NCBI GenBank assembly: GCA_044345405.1
Contig: JBIJBE010000037.1
Span: 1-38,295 of the forward strand
Direction: 5' to 3'
Length of the DNA: 38,295 nucleotides
Source: Bdellovibrionota bacterium
Lineage (GTDB): Bacteria; Bdellovibrionota_C; UBA2361; OMII01
The position numbers and the translations under genes were made by a program. The notes under the pieces were generated by a model. That model ran no database searches. It was not told the DNA's origin and saw only the letters and a program-made list of their open reading frames with translations. Below, one piece after another: positions 1 to 10,675 of this stretch (the stretch's first letter is position 1; every line of letters starts with the position of its first letter).

Positions 1-67
1 TTCTTTTTTGACTTAGTTATCATGCACAGCTATTCGGCTGGCGGGGGCGGAAGTTGCGCGGGAAGGT

Positions 68-312
68 GGCGAAAAGTAGCCCAGGTACAGGGCGAAAAAG
101 TAGCCCAGGTACAGGGCGAAAAAAAGTAGCCCAGGTACAGGGCGAAAAAAAAAGTAGCCCAGGTACAGGGCGAAAAAAGTAGCCCAGGTACAGGGCGAAA
201 AAGTAGCCCAGGTACAGGGCGAAAAGGTACAGGGCGAAAAAAGTAGCCCAGGTACAGGGCGAAAAAGTAGCCCAGGTACAGGGCGAAAAGTAGCCCAGGT
301 ACAGGGCGAAAA
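68..312. repeat. Tandem array of GTAGCCCAGGTACAGGGCG (19 bp) separated by A4-A9 tracts; 9 full units plus 1 truncated unit
   Basis: Full units start at 76, 100, 126, 154, 179, 203, 243, 267 and 290; truncated GGTACAGGGCG at 226-236. Each unit contains GCCC-N7-GGGC. Confidence 0.95.
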
Positions 313-706
313 CCTCAACCACACAGGCATGCCGAGCCCTATCCACATCTCTAACCACAGGACCACGAAGAATCTCCATACAAGAGCGGCCTCCACCTGA
401 CTTAATCGTGCGCAACTCGGCGGGCGACCGACAGACTTTCACTTCAACCTCCTGACAGAGGCTTCCCGGCAGCCTCACTAAGCTTCTTCAGCTGGCGCTC
501 TGGGTTATGCTGGTTGAACTTGTGAGTAGTTTTGATGTCTTAAAAAGTGGGTTGTGGGCTCAAGGTGATTCGCGTATCCCCGACACAAGTAGATTTTTCT
601 CTGCTAACGAGAGAAAAGACTAAAGCGCATCCCGGAATCGACCGACGAATTCATGGGGGCTAACAAGCGTTTGGCCAGATTTATTAAGTGCAACGAGGAA
701 TAGCTA

Positions 707-3700
707 GTGAAGGGATGTCACTACGTCAGTTTCCTAACCACTATAATTCTAGCGGCTTTTGTCGCGCCCGTGGCACCAGCTGCCGGTCAGCAGTCCGATC
801 GAGAGTGCCTGTCGTTCCTGCGCTCATCTGTAGCAGGATGCGTTCGGGTAAGGTCAAAGACCTTGTACACTAAAACCAAGGGGTACGGCTGGTTAGGCGC
901 TAGTAGAGAGCTCGGAGCGTCTATTGGCCAGGAGTTTTCGCCGTCCAACGCTTTTACCATAACTGTTCCGAACCAGGGCGGGGTAACGAAGGCCGTGGTG
1001 GAGATCCGCCTTCGGTCACTCCGACGCGGGCAGCTACTTTCATACGGTGGAGCACTACTCGCTAAAAGATCAAATGGGACGACTACCTATGTCGCTCAGG
1101 TGGCGCGGAATGCCAAGGGGCAGCGGGTTTTTCAGATAGCGCTCCCGCCGGCCTCAAAGCCCTATAACTTATTTGTGCGTCCGCGAGTAAATCGAGGATC
1201 TGAAGGAGGAATCGATCGTGACCTGATCGTTCTTCAGCGGATCACGATTACTCGCTATCGAAGTACGCCGGAACCGACGCCAACCCCAGGCTCGCTGGTA
1301 GTGGACCCGCCAGATCTTACTGTGACGCCGACCCAGACAAGCTCTCCAGTCGCCACCACGGATCCACCGACGCCCACTAAAACACCATCGGCTACCCCAA
1401 CGGCGACGAGCACCGCTACACCGACAGTTACTCCAAAACGAACCGCGACGCCTACATTCACCGCGACGCACACGGCTACTTTTACGCAAACCGCGACACC
1501 GACAGTTACTCCAACACGGACCGCTACGCCTACAGTCACCCCGACGCACACGGCTACTTTTACACGAACCGCGACACCGACAGTTACTCCTACGCGAACG
1601 CCAACACGAACTCCAACGATTGAACCGATTGCATTCGACCCTGACGGTCCAGATGTACAAACCCTCGGGCGATTCTTTCCAGCGCCGACTACCTCAATCT
1701 ATTGGATGAATCGTCCCGCCAACTGCAAAGCCGCCATCCGCGCGAGCACTAGACTGGGTGAGAACTTCTTCGTTCGTGCGTACGAAATAGAAGGTAGCGG
1801 CGCGACACTTAAAGAAACTCTTAAAACTAGGCGATATTTCTCTTTGCCTGAGCCACCCAACACAACCACACCTTCAGAACGTATTGTCCCCCTGAATCTC
1901 AGTTCGCAGCCATCATCAACTCGAGTCACTGAGATTCGCGTGTCTACCGGGGGCAACACGGGCTGGTTTACCCTGATTACGGAGTGTCCGGTACCTGATT
2001 CTGATTATGCTGTGTCATTTCAAAATGGAAACTTCCGCTCGTGGGAATCCATCACTTCCGGCCCACTGTATGCATATGTGCCGTACCGAGCCGAAGCTCT
2101 TTTCATCAAGAATCACAGTACGACGAGCACTATAACAGTAGAGGGGGGAACAACAAACGCAACGGGAGCCTTTGTGCCAGATCCGCGCGCTGGGCCACGT
2201 GCGCATTCCACGATTCCACCGGCCCCCACACCTCCACATAGTTCCACTCCGCTCGCTCTCATTCCCCAGCAAGTCAGCTGGCAGGGCCCTGGGCATTCTA
2301 ATGTACTGTGGAAATTTCAATTCGGGGATCGGCTCTGGCGGTTCGCGGCGGGTGGATTTCCACTGATACTCTCTCCGAGCCCTGTAGCCGTAGTAAGGCT
2401 GAAGTCCAGCACCTACTTCAACGGTAGCCACACATTCTCCCATCCATTCCAGCAAACCTTCCTAAGGGAAATTAAAGGACAACTCTCGTACTACCTGGGG
2501 GATACCGCAAAGCTGCAAGCCAGCCTGACATCGATGCTCTCAGGGGACAATGTCGGTATCCCACCGAGATACGACGGTAAATTAAACCAATTTCCAAACC
2601 GCTTCCTCCTTAACCCGTTCTACGGGCTCTTTAGTGATTTGAGTTATGCCCTCAGCGCTCAGAACACAGATCCAGAGAGTGACTGGTTAGGGTCCTCTGA
2701 CGGATGGCAGATGCGGGATCCTCAAGCAACAGCGTTCGCTGGAGATCCACTGATTGTCCCGACGACCGTGTACGTATCCGCGTTGGGTGATGATATCAAG
2801 ATCTCCACCACCCCTGTAGTCGGTTATTCCTACACGCCAATTCCAAATCGCGTACGCGTGGTAAAGAACGGCGTCGTTACAACCGAGGTACTTGCTGACG
2901 GAAGACGGTGGGATGGCATGGGTGTATCAGCACCGATTACAGCGCCAACGCCCATGCCCTCGGCTACGCCCACGCCCTCGGTTCCGGCTATGGACTACGG
3001 CACTTCCCGTGACGACGGGACAGCCATTACCGCGCTTGGCGCTGCTGCCCTACTTGATGGCAATCGTCATGCCCCCACTTTCAACAATCCGTTCTACGGC
3101 AACAAAGCTCTGATCTTTCGCGCTGTGTTGGCCGCTCTTACTGACCTTAGTGCACTGCCGGAAAGTGAGATATGGAGATTCTCTGCGAGTAATCTGAACG
3201 GAATCTATGCTGGTGGCCAGGTCGCGTTCACCGCTGGGCGAAAAGTCCTCTCGACCTATGGGCAAGTCGGCGGGTTCCTCCGTCGTGTCTTCTGCTCCTC
3301 ACTGGGCCCTACGCCTACCCCAGATGAAAGAGATCGATACAACTGTGATAATCCGCAGACTCTCCCTTTGAGCGCTTCTGAACGAGCTGCTTGGAGATTT
3401 ACGTCCGATGAAATTTCCCTGTTAAAAAAGGCTTTTGACGTCTGGACGGAGGGTGTCCATCACTTGGCATATCGACTCTACCCAAACAATCTTGTCTCAT
3501 CCCTCAATCAGTCAGCCCACTACCTCTTAGGGTTTCAAGAGATGTCGTACGGAAGCGGAGACCCTTTTGATGAGGCACTCGCTGAAGAGTACGCCAAGCG
3601 GTGGGTTGCCAAGCAAAGTAAGGCCGGCTGGTTCAACGAGGAGCTTGGCCCAGATGCCTCCTACATCGGTATGACAAATTATCATGCGGGCACTTTTTAT

Positions 3701-5089
3701 CTCAATTCCTGCCTAAGGGGGTACTGCAACGATGAACTCAAGCGTTCCATCGCTAAGACGTATGCTTTCTTCAACCATACGGTGGCTCCTGAGCCTCCAC
3801 CTAAAAGGAGCATTCTTGGTGGATTCAATTTTAATCACCGAGTTGGAGCGGGTTTCCACGATGAGCAATTCTTTGGGGCACGTGGAATCGCGCTAGATAT
3901 ACCGGAAGTCTCAACCTGGACTACTACGCTTCTCGGCGTCACGGGGCGACGACCGGGCCCAATTCCTACCAGCTTCCCGCCCGCTTCTAGTAGATTATTA
4001 AACGTTAACTCGCCACGCTATGAGGGGTTCTCGAACCTACCGGAAGCAACTCCCGCCACCTTACCAGCGTTAAGGTCAAACTCCTTTACTACCGATGTGC
4101 ACGGCGCGCATGAATTAATCGCTGTGAAACGGCCCGGCTACTACACGGCTATTTATGTCGGGAGCCCCGTGCCTACTCATTTTCCTGATAAAATTAGGAG
4201 TGTCAACGGAGAGAACATGCGCAAAGCATGGCCACTTGACGGCGAGGCAAATGGGTTTCAAATCGATGATGTGCATAACTGGGCAGCGCCGTTCGTTGGT
4301 GGAGGGATGAGTCTTTTCTGGACGCCAGACTTCGGAAATGCTCTCCTCGCGGGAAACTGGACCCCTCTCGTTCATCACGGCCTCGTAGCTGTTGATGGAC
4401 GGACGGGGGTGAGATCGTGGGAAGATTACTTCTCAACAAGCTATACCCTCAATACCCCCACCCTCTCCGGAGGGCTCGCACCTAGTACGCTCACCACCTA
4501 TGGCGAGCTCGAACCTAGTCCATGCACCACAAGTTCAACCGGCGCAGCGACTTGTTCACATATCTCTGGCTACTCTTATCAGCGCACCTACGAGTTCAAG
4601 GATAACTCGGTCGTGGTTACTATCCGACTCCTTGCCGACGCAGGAGCAACTGCTCCTGCGGGTAGTAAAATCTTTGAAAATATCCCGCTTGCGGGTGGGA
4701 TAGAAAAAACGTTTGCGAGTCTCCAGCCGACTCCTCCACGTCCTACTCCGACTCCTACACCGCTCACTCCGCGCATAGATGGGGGGATTATAGATACGTT
4801 GGGTAGGGGCACCTTCACTCCACTCAATAACAAAGCTGAATCGCGCGCAACTGAGCTTCGGTACTATTCGAGAAGTCCCAGTGTCGGGTTGCGAATCAGG
4901 TTTTCACCGGGCACTGTAAAGCGTGTAGTGACTAACGGGCCCAAGGACGCCAGGGGGCTGCAAATTAATCGAGTCGAGCTTAATCTTCCGATTCCCGCGG
5001 TTCCCAGACCTGGTGCGGCTGGGATACCCACCGAGGTGAGGTACTGCCTTCAGGCCATTAGCGCCGATCGGCGGGAATGCGGGTTTTAG
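707..5089 (+). CDS. Large secreted multidomain protein with Thr/Pro-rich linkers; possibly glycan-active
   Basis: 1460-aa ORF from GTG. Signal peptide ([19 protein letters not shown]), N-terminal YTKTKGYGW motif, long TPTATP linker plus several short PTPTP linkers, and a helical central region ([15 protein letters not shown]) followed by a beta-rich C-terminus. Confidence 0.85.
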   Translation: MKGCHYVSFLTTIILAAFVAPVAPAAGQQSDRECLSFLRSSVAGCVRVRSKTLYTKTKGYGWLGASRELGASIGQEFSPSNAFTITVPNQGGVTKAVVEIRLRSLRRGQLLSYGGALLAKRSNGTTTYVAQVARNAKGQRVFQIALPPASKPYNLFVRPRVNRGSEGGIDRDLIVLQRITITRYRSTPEPTPTPGSLVVDPPDLTVTPTQTSSPVATTDPPTPTKTPSATPTATSTATPTVTPKRTATPTFTATHTATFTQTATPTVTPTRTATPTVTPTHTATFTRTATPTVTPTRTPTRTPTIEPIAFDPDGPDVQTLGRFFPAPTTSIYWMNRPANCKAAIRASTRLGENFFVRAYEIEGSGATLKETLKTRRYFSLPEPPNTTTPSERIVPLNLSSQPSSTRVTEIRVSTGGNTGWFTLITECPVPDSDYAVSFQNGNFRSWESITSGPLYAYVPYRAEALFIKNHSTTSTITVEGGTTNATGAFVPDPRAGPRAHSTIPPAPTPPHSSTPLALIPQQVSWQGPGHSNVLWKFQFGDRLWRFAAGGFPLILSPSPVAVVRLKSSTYFNGSHTFSHPFQQTFLREIKGQLSYYLGDTAKLQASLTSMLSGDNVGIPPRYDGKLNQFPNRFLLNPFYGLFSDLSYALSAQNTDPESDWLGSSDGWQMRDPQATAFAGDPLIVPTTVYVSALGDDIKISTTPVVGYSYTPIPNRVRVVKNGVVTTEVLADGRRWDGMGVSAPITAPTPMPSATPTPSVPAMDYGTSRDDGTAITALGAAALLDGNRHAPTFNNPFYGNKALIFRAVLAALTDLSALPESEIWRFSASNLNGIYAGGQVAFTAGRKVLSTYGQVGGFLRRVFCSSLGPTPTPDERDRYNCDNPQTLPLSASERAAWRFTSDEISLLKKAFDVWTEGVHHLAYRLYPNNLVSSLNQSAHYLLGFQEMSYGSGDPFDEALAEEYAKRWVAKQSKAGWFNEELGPDASYIGMTNYHAGTFYLNSCLRGYCNDELKRSIAKTYAFFNHTVAPEPPPKRSILGGFNFNHRVGAGFHDEQFFGARGIALDIPEVSTWTTTLLGVTGRRPGPIPTSFPPASSRLLNVNSPRYEGFSNLPEATPATLPALRSNSFTTDVHGAHELIAVKRPGYYTAIYVGSPVPTHFPDKIRSVNGENMRKAWPLDGEANGFQIDDVHNWAAPFVGGGMSLFWTPDFGNALLAGNWTPLVHHGLVAVDGRTGVRSWEDYFSTSYTLNTPTLSGGLAPSTLTTYGELEPSPCTTSSTGAATCSHISGYSYQRTYEFKDNSVVVTIRLLADAGATAPAGSKIFENIPLAGGIEKTFASLQPTPPRPTPTPTPLTPRIDGGIIDTLGRGTFTPLNNKAESRATELRYYSRSPSVGLRIRFSPGTVKRVVTNGPKDARGLQINRVELNLPIPAVPRPGAAGIPTEVRYCLQAISADRRECGF
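1418..1590 (+). repeat. Intragenic 78-bp-period repeat encoding the Thr/Pro linker
   Basis: ACACCGACAGTTACTCC at 1418, 1496 and 1574. Confidence 0.85.
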
Positions 5090-5196
5090 GACTTTTACGA
5101 AGATCGCGAATTCAGCCATCAGCTATTCATTCCAGGCTCCTATGAGGCAACCCAGATAGGCAGGGTGAGCTGCTTTGTCTAATCCAGTTTCATTCT

Positions 5197-6166
5197 TTAA
5201 TTAGCGACGTTTGATTGACTGAGCGTCGTATTGTACTGCTCCGCGAATCCTAACAGATCCTCTAGCAGCTCCATCTTGGTGATGATTCGAGGAACCTTGT
5301 TCTGCCCCCCAAGTTTTCCGCGGCTCTTCATCCATGCGGCAAAGAGTCCAGGCTTGGCTGATAGGATGGTGGGAGCCCGCAACCCAACGCCACCTGAGCG
5401 ATGGGCTTCGTAGTCTTCGTTGCGTTGGTAGAGTCTTGTGTCAATAAGATTAACGAATCGCTCGAGTTTGTCGGTGCTCGGAACTCCGTTGGAGAACTCT
5501 ACAACGTAGACATGACCGCCCAGCTCGCCCGCTTGCTGAGGGAATACCGGACCAACGGTAAAGTCAGGCACCTCTTCATCCACGCCACGAGTGGCGGTTG
5601 TGATGCCATCCTCGATCTCTTCCGCGATTAAGTGCCCACCAAACGCCGACAGGTAGTACGATGTGCGCCCAGTGACGAGCACTCGCGGGGTCTCCGTATC
5701 GACGAAGCGAACTGTGTCTCCTATCACATAGGACCAGAGACCTGCGCAGGTCGTCATAACGACGGGGTAGTTAATGTCGTGCTCGCTTTTTCCGATCCAA
5801 TGCCGAGTCGGCGAGGAGTCCGAAAGCTCATCGAGCGGCACAAACTCAAAGAACATGCCGTGGTCGAGATTCATGCGGAGACCTTCGCCGTAGCCTCTGT
5901 CCGCCACCGCGATGAAGCCCTCACTAGCTGGGTAGACTTCGCGCAACTCAGCTCGCGAATCACCCAAGATTCCCTTGAATCGGTCTACGTAGGGAGAGAA
6001 ATTCACGCCGCCGTGAACCACCATCTCCACTTTCTCATATATCCTCGAGATCGCTCCTCCACTGTGAGGGGCAAGTTCTCGCAACTTATCCAAGAAGAAC
6101 ATAATCCACGCGGGCACGCCCGAGATCATGCGGATATCCTCTTTGAGCGATACCTTCGCCCATCCA
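5197..6166 (-). pseudogene. GH3 auxin-responsive-promoter family acyl-adenylate-forming protein, 5'-truncated
   Basis: Motifs REVYPASEGF, GLWSYVIGDTV and GKLGGQNKVPR. The N-terminal SSGTT-type ATP motif is absent, and the ORF's first codons derive from the inverted-repeat element at 6167-6271. Confidence 0.8.
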
Positions 6167-6271
6167 CTGGTACCCTGTAACTTCATTCAAACTCAATAAG
6201 ATGTTTATACATGCAGAGCAACGCTCGGAAAATCAGATAGTCAGTAGTAGTTAGAAGGTACAGGGTACCAG
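6167..6271. mobile_element. 105-bp MITE-like element with 18-bp terminal inverted repeats
   Basis: CTGGTACCCTGTAACTTC (6167-6184) and GAAGGTACAGGGTACCAG (6254-6271) are 17/18 reverse-complementary, with an AT-rich non-coding interior. It lies at the GH3 breakpoint. Confidence 0.6.
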
Positions 6272-6620
6272 CGATATGGGGCTATCGATGAACTCCCCTC
6301 TTGCGACTCCTTCGAGCCGTCTCCTGATGAATTCTAAACCCCGCTTCCTTCGTGACGGAGCGGGAGAGGTCTGTCTGTATTGCTATTTTTCGCAACTTAG
6401 CGGCACAGCTTCGGCTCTGCCGGGACCGTTGAAACCCTAGCCCGGCGGGACATACCACGCATTTCGATCCTTTCCTCATCCCTTGCTGAGGGTTAGTTGG
6501 ACCTCATGATGCGGCCGACTACCATAGTTCAATTACTTACAAAAAAGCGATCGATGTTCCTAGCAATGGCACAGTGATTATCGTAACAGCATTTGCGCTT
6601 CTGGCGCTCAACACATTCCG

Positions 6621-7820
6621 CTAACGGCGGAAGAACTCTCGCTCCCGTCGAGCCTCACACAACAACAGGAAGAGCGAGATCATAGCGAGCGGTCCCCACC
6701 ACGCTGACACCACCTGATTCATGATATCGCCACGTGAGAGATACCCCATCGCGACCCCCATACAGATGTAGAGAACGAGCATCACAACGCAGGGAATCTC
6801 GGGGCGCGCGCTTCGCTGAGCTTTCCCCAGGAGATAGATAAAACCACCGGTCAGAAGGGGAAGGTAGTGCGGCCATGCGGTCGGCGACAGGAGACACGAC
6901 AACGTAAGCACCATCATCGTCGACGCGACGATGTCGTCTCGCTCTTTGCGCTCCCACACAACAAAGGGAAACAAGAGAAAAATGCAGAGAGCCTGAATCA
7001 AAGCAACAGGCACGATATCGCGCCCGGCGAATATTCGCTGTGTATAGGTAAGCGCCCCAGAGAGGGTGATATTGCCGTTAAACGCGACGGAGAGCTCGCG
7101 CAGGTACGGAAGGGTGGAGGTACAAAAGAGCTCCACAGGCTCCCATCCGCACACGCCGACAAAGACTCCCCACAACGAGAGAAAGCCACACGCGAACCAG
7201 AAGAGCCCCTCCAAACCACGATACCGAAAGGCGACCCATCCAAGGGGAGCAAGGAACAACTTGAGAGAGGCGGACACTCCCCATAGAAACGCGCCTACGC
7301 GCCACGACATCTTCGATGATCGCGCTACCAACTCCACGCCGAGGGCAACCAACCCGAACATGAGAGCCTGCGCCTGCCCGTACCGAAGGTGCGCGAACAC
7401 ACCAAGGGGAGCCAAGGAGGCGAGTAGGAAAAGAAAGGTCGATCGCCTCGAACGAACAACCTCACACCTTCGAAGTAAGATAATCACCCCGATAAGGAGC
7501 GAGGCGAGCTGTACAGAGGTCCATAGATAGAAGGATTGAAGCGGCGGAAGAAGAGAGAACGGTGCCATCACCACCGCAAGGGGGGGCGGCGAAGAGACCT
7601 GCGGAATATCTCGGGTCGGGGTAAAGCCGTGTTCACCGTAAAGAGGGCTCAAATTAACGGCGTAGGGATTCACCCCACTTCTGACTAAAGCGCCCGTGAG
7701 GTAGTAGTGCGCGAAATCGTTATCGAGGTACCAAAAGACCCGGTCCGCCCCGAGCTTGGGAAGCCAACCCAAAAAGAGCACAACGATTGAGATGACGAAC
7801 CCTATCTGTATATTCTTCAC
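6621..7820 (-). CDS. GT87/DUF2029-family membrane glycosyltransferase (GT-C fold)
   Basis: Polytopic membrane protein with DFAHYY...GVNPY, PPP, GQ, KLF and SPTAWPHY motifs. GTG start at 7820 chosen; the ORF extends to 7904. Confidence 0.8.
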   Translation of the reverse strand: MKNIQIGFVISIVVLFLGWLPKLGADRVFWYLDNDFAHYYLTGALVRSGVNPYAVNLSPLYGEHGFTPTRDIPQVSSPPPLAVVMAPFSLLPPLQSFYLWTSVQLASLLIGVIILLRRCEVVRSRRSTFLFLLASLAPLGVFAHLRYGQAQALMFGLVALGVELVARSSKMSWRVGAFLWGVSASLKLFLAPLGWVAFRYRGLEGLFWFACGFLSLWGVFVGVCGWEPVELFCTSTLPYLRELSVAFNGNITLSGALTYTQRIFAGRDIVPVALIQALCIFLLFPFVVWERKERDDIVASTMMVLTLSCLLSPTAWPHYLPLLTGGFIYLLGKAQRSARPEIPCVVMLVLYICMGVAMGYLSRGDIMNQVVSAWWGPLAMISLFLLLCEARREREFFRR

Positions 7821-8143
7821 GTGGGGGATCCTGTAGTTCGGGATGGTATTGCGGTTCAGTATCGGTATTTTTGGGGGATGGGGAAACCGGTTGTTTTCCC
7901 TCAAACACGTATGGTCCCCAAGGCACCTCGTGAACGTGATACGTCAAACGTGATACGCACTACTGTCCCACGAAATCTCCTGAAATCGAGAAAAACAGTG
8001 GTGGAATCATGGGCATTGAGGCGTTTTTTGTTTGCGGCGATTTGGATTTTTTCGGCGAAAATGCCCTCTCGATACGACCCGTATCAAGGCGGCGCCCTCC
8101 ATCTCAACGCGTGACTCGTCCCAAGACCAGGCAAAGTAATCCC

Positions 8144-9691
8144 CTACGGCGCCGAACGCACACCGCGACCACCGGTGTTTATGTCGCGACCCGCGGGGTT
8201 GAAAGCTGCGTTTTGGCGGGCAGAGAGATACACTCTGGAAGCAGTGGAGTTCCAACCGCCGCCGCGAAACCCAGAACCGAGCGCATTCGTTCCGGGCCAA
8301 GTCGTTACATCCCCATCGCCACCAGACGTTAGCACCCCGTTCCCGTGCTTGGCTCCATTAAAACCGCGCCCCGTTGTATTTCCGACCGTTGCGGGCCGCT
8401 CCCACAGACTTCCAGAGAGATCCATAGCACCGTAATACCCGGCCCCGGATGCTATGCGGGTCGCGTCCCCTGCCGCCATCGCACCTACTCGCATCGGGCC
8501 CGACACGCCGGAGTTGTAAACACAATTAGCCGCGGCGCTCGGTGCCTCATTCGGCTTTCCCGCGTCATTTACTCCGGTCGCACCCGTTATCGAGGTGCTC
8601 CCCCAGGCGTATTCACCGGAAACCGCTCGGTAGGGTCCACGTCCAGCTTTCTCAAACTCTAACTCACTCATCGGGCGTAAACCCGCCCAATCAAGGTAGG
8701 CGGCGAGATCCGCCCATGAGAGATAGTTCATCGCAACGGTCGCATACGTTGCCCCTCCCCCTTCATCAGGCAACGTAGCGTCCCCAGAGGACCAACTGAC
8801 TCTGTTGCGAGAAGTCCGGCTGTCAGTGTTCTTTCCCGTGCTACCCGTAATATCCCTCGCGCTCTTCTGCGTAGCGGTAAGCGTATTAAAGAACGCGACC
8901 CACTGCCCCTGCGAAATCTCTCCCTTCATCATGTAAAACTTTTCATACCCTTTGGGGAATTCAGCGGGAATCGTGAATGCAGCTCCAGTGGCGTCTTCCC
9001 CGCTATTGCTGTTGCTCACATACCGATACTCACTGTTCGTCTCTCCAACCCCAGTTCCTGAGCCAGCCTGGGTGCCAGTTGTAATTGCTGCCTCGCTCCC
9101 GATGTACCAAGGGTCGGTATCGGTACTACCCTGCCGAAACGATGCCCCGGACGTCGCGTTGTCCCCCGCAAAAAACGCTCCCGTCGGCACATACACCATC
9201 TCTATCGCAAACACCCTAATATCGATTGTATCCCCAGTGCCAACACCATCCTGGGTGTACTTCCAACTGAGTGAGAATCCGGTCCTTGAAAACGTTCCTA
9301 CACCATCAGCGCTGCGGTAGATGAAAACGCCAACTGCGGGATTCGTCGCGATGTTAAATGAGGCGCTCGTGTCAACTAAGCCAACATCAAGTGAAGCGCC
9401 CGAGGGGGCGGTGTGTCCTGTGTTATTTAAACTCGCATGCGCCCAGTCGCCGCCATTCTTCCGAAACTTTACAAACACCCAAGCCGCGTCCCAGTTGTTC
9501 GGAGCGGGTGCTCCGTTATCCGTTGATCGCCACGAGTTGTTCCACGAGATGTCGAAATTGATCGGGGCATTCCCCGTGCCAGCGTCGCGAGTGCCGAGAG
9601 AGATATTCGTTACGTTGATTTCGCCGCATACGCCATCTGAGGCGGACAATACCACCGCAGCAAGCAGCACGATCGCTTTCAGAAAATTCAT
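8144..9691 (-). CDS. Secreted SUMF1/FGE-sulfatase-domain (C-type-lectin fold) protein
   Basis: Signal peptide; NNWDAAWVFVKFR N-domain; EMVYVPTGAF, FYMMKGEISQGQW, GLRPMSELEFEKAGRG, GAMDLSGSLWE and FRGGGW...GGRGVR motifs. Confidence 0.9.
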   Translation of the reverse strand: MNFLKAIVLLAAVVLSASDGVCGEINVTNISLGTRDAGTGNAPINFDISWNNSWRSTDNGAPAPNNWDAAWVFVKFRKNGGDWAHASLNNTGHTAPSGASLDVGLVDTSASFNIATNPAVGVFIYRSADGVGTFSRTGFSLSWKYTQDGVGTGDTIDIRVFAIEMVYVPTGAFFAGDNATSGASFRQGSTDTDPWYIGSEAAITTGTQAGSGTGVGETNSEYRYVSNSNSGEDATGAAFTIPAEFPKGYEKFYMMKGEISQGQWVAFFNTLTATQKSARDITGSTGKNTDSRTSRNRVSWSSGDATLPDEGGGATYATVAMNYLSWADLAAYLDWAGLRPMSELEFEKAGRGPYRAVSGEYAWGSTSITGATGVNDAGKPNEAPSAAANCVYNSGVSGPMRVGAMAAGDATRIASGAGYYGAMDLSGSLWERPATVGNTTGRGFNGAKHGNGVLTSGGDGDVTTWPGTNALGSGFRGGGWNSTASRVYLSARQNAAFNPAGRDINTGGRGVRSAP

Positions 9692-9801
9692 AAATTGATG
9701 GTCGGCTGACGGGATTAATAACTTAACAGGATTCTAAGGACCTGGAATGAGATGTCTTTTCGGTTATTTTCCGCCATCAGGGGCTTAAGACTAGGGGGGC
9801 G

Positions 9802-10008
9802 ATGACGATGACGTACACCTTGTATGTCGCCATCGCAAAAGAGAGATTGCGCCTAGATCATTCGCTGTGCACAATCTTGCAGGTTCTGAGCGTCTCCCTG
9901 CTTGAGAAAAAGCATATTTTACAGGTGTTTTCCGAACATGACTTCAAAGACAACGACGACGCGTCAGATACCCAATTGAAACTATTCGAGAGAAACATTG
10001 GACAGTAG
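9802..10008 (+). pseudogene. IS4-family transposase C-terminal remnant
   Basis: YVAIAKERLRLDHSLCTILQVLSVSLLEK...QLKLF matches the typical C-terminus of DUF4372-type IS4 transposases. The DDE core is absent. Confidence 0.8.
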
Positions 10009-10074
10009 TGCGTGATGCGCGGAGCGTCTACGTCTACGTTAAAAGTTTGTAGACGCACTACGTCCATCGCCAAT

Positions 10075-10096
10075 AAAAAAGGGGCCCAAAGGCCCC
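10075..10096 (-). terminator. Rho-independent terminator of the lipoprotein gene
   Basis: On the minus strand: GGGGCC-TTTG-GGCCCC followed by T6. Confidence 0.8.
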
Positions 10097-10123
10097 TCCT
10101 CTCAACTATCTTCACACTCCCAA

Positions 10124-10582
10124 TTACGAGATACGGAAGTTAGTCGAGGTAATCTCAGCTGAAAGCAGCGAGTAGGTGCGAGCCGCGACCAACTTGAGGT
10201 TCGCCGCTCCAGCGGCAACCTGTGTACCTGAAGCCTCAGCGATCTGGCGGTACTGCTTAATTAACTCGGTCATAGCTGCGCGCTGGGTGAATCCGGACTT
10301 TGGAAGCATCGAGGTCAAGCCATCAGCGAGGCTGTTTGAAAGCTGGCGAACGTCGCCTCCGCCACCCTGCCCCGCGATCTTATCGAGAGAAGCCGCAAGC
10401 CCCGTAAGTGTAGCGTTCATCTCAGGGCTCGCCTTCGAAGCCATCTTGGAATACCCAGCGCGAGCATCAGAGAAGATCTGATCAACGGTATGAGACTCTC
10501 CACGAGGACCACACCCGGTTACGAGTACTACCGCTGACGTCGAGATGATGAGGGAGAGAATTCGGGAGAGTGTGGTCTTCAT
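10124..10582 (-). CDS. Hypothetical helical lipoprotein
   Basis: MKTTLSR + hydrophobic stretch + lipobox-like VTGC; terminator downstream. Confidence 0.8.
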   Translation of the reverse strand: MKTTLSRILSLIISTSAVVLVTGCGPRGESHTVDQIFSDARAGYSKMASKASPEMNATLTGLAASLDKIAGQGGGGDVRQLSNSLADGLTSMLPKSGFTQRAAMTELIKQYRQIAEASGTQVAAGAANLKLVAARTYSLLSAEITSTNFRIS

Positions 10583-10675
10583 AGCAAACTGAAAAAAACT
10601 AAAAGGTTGTCCCGCAGAAGTGCGCGCAACACGCCGGATCCTTAATCAGGAAGCGACAGATGTCAACCGGGAACC

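Larger units (their letters stand above)
7958..10010 (+). mobile_element. Non-autonomous IS4-family element enclosing a passenger gene
   Basis: CACTACTGTCC (7958-7968) and GGACAGTAGTG (10000-10010) form a perfect 11-bp IR. Flanking direct repeats are CGTGATACG (7949-7957) and CGTGATGCG (10011-10019). A transposase C-terminal remnant ends inside the right IR. Confidence 0.8.

Noticed and set aside
68-312. CRISPR array, or the ORFs 13-396 and 20-478
   Set aside because: Spacers are only A-runs. The translated FALYLGY/SPCTWAT repeats are by-products of the DNA repeat.
6282-6600. 65-aa ORF or prophage remnant
   Set aside because: No recognisable motif or attachment-site partner; left unannotated.
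7900-10100. Complete diversity-generating retroelement
   Set aside because: No reverse transcriptase, Avd or adenine-variant template repeat is visible in the window.
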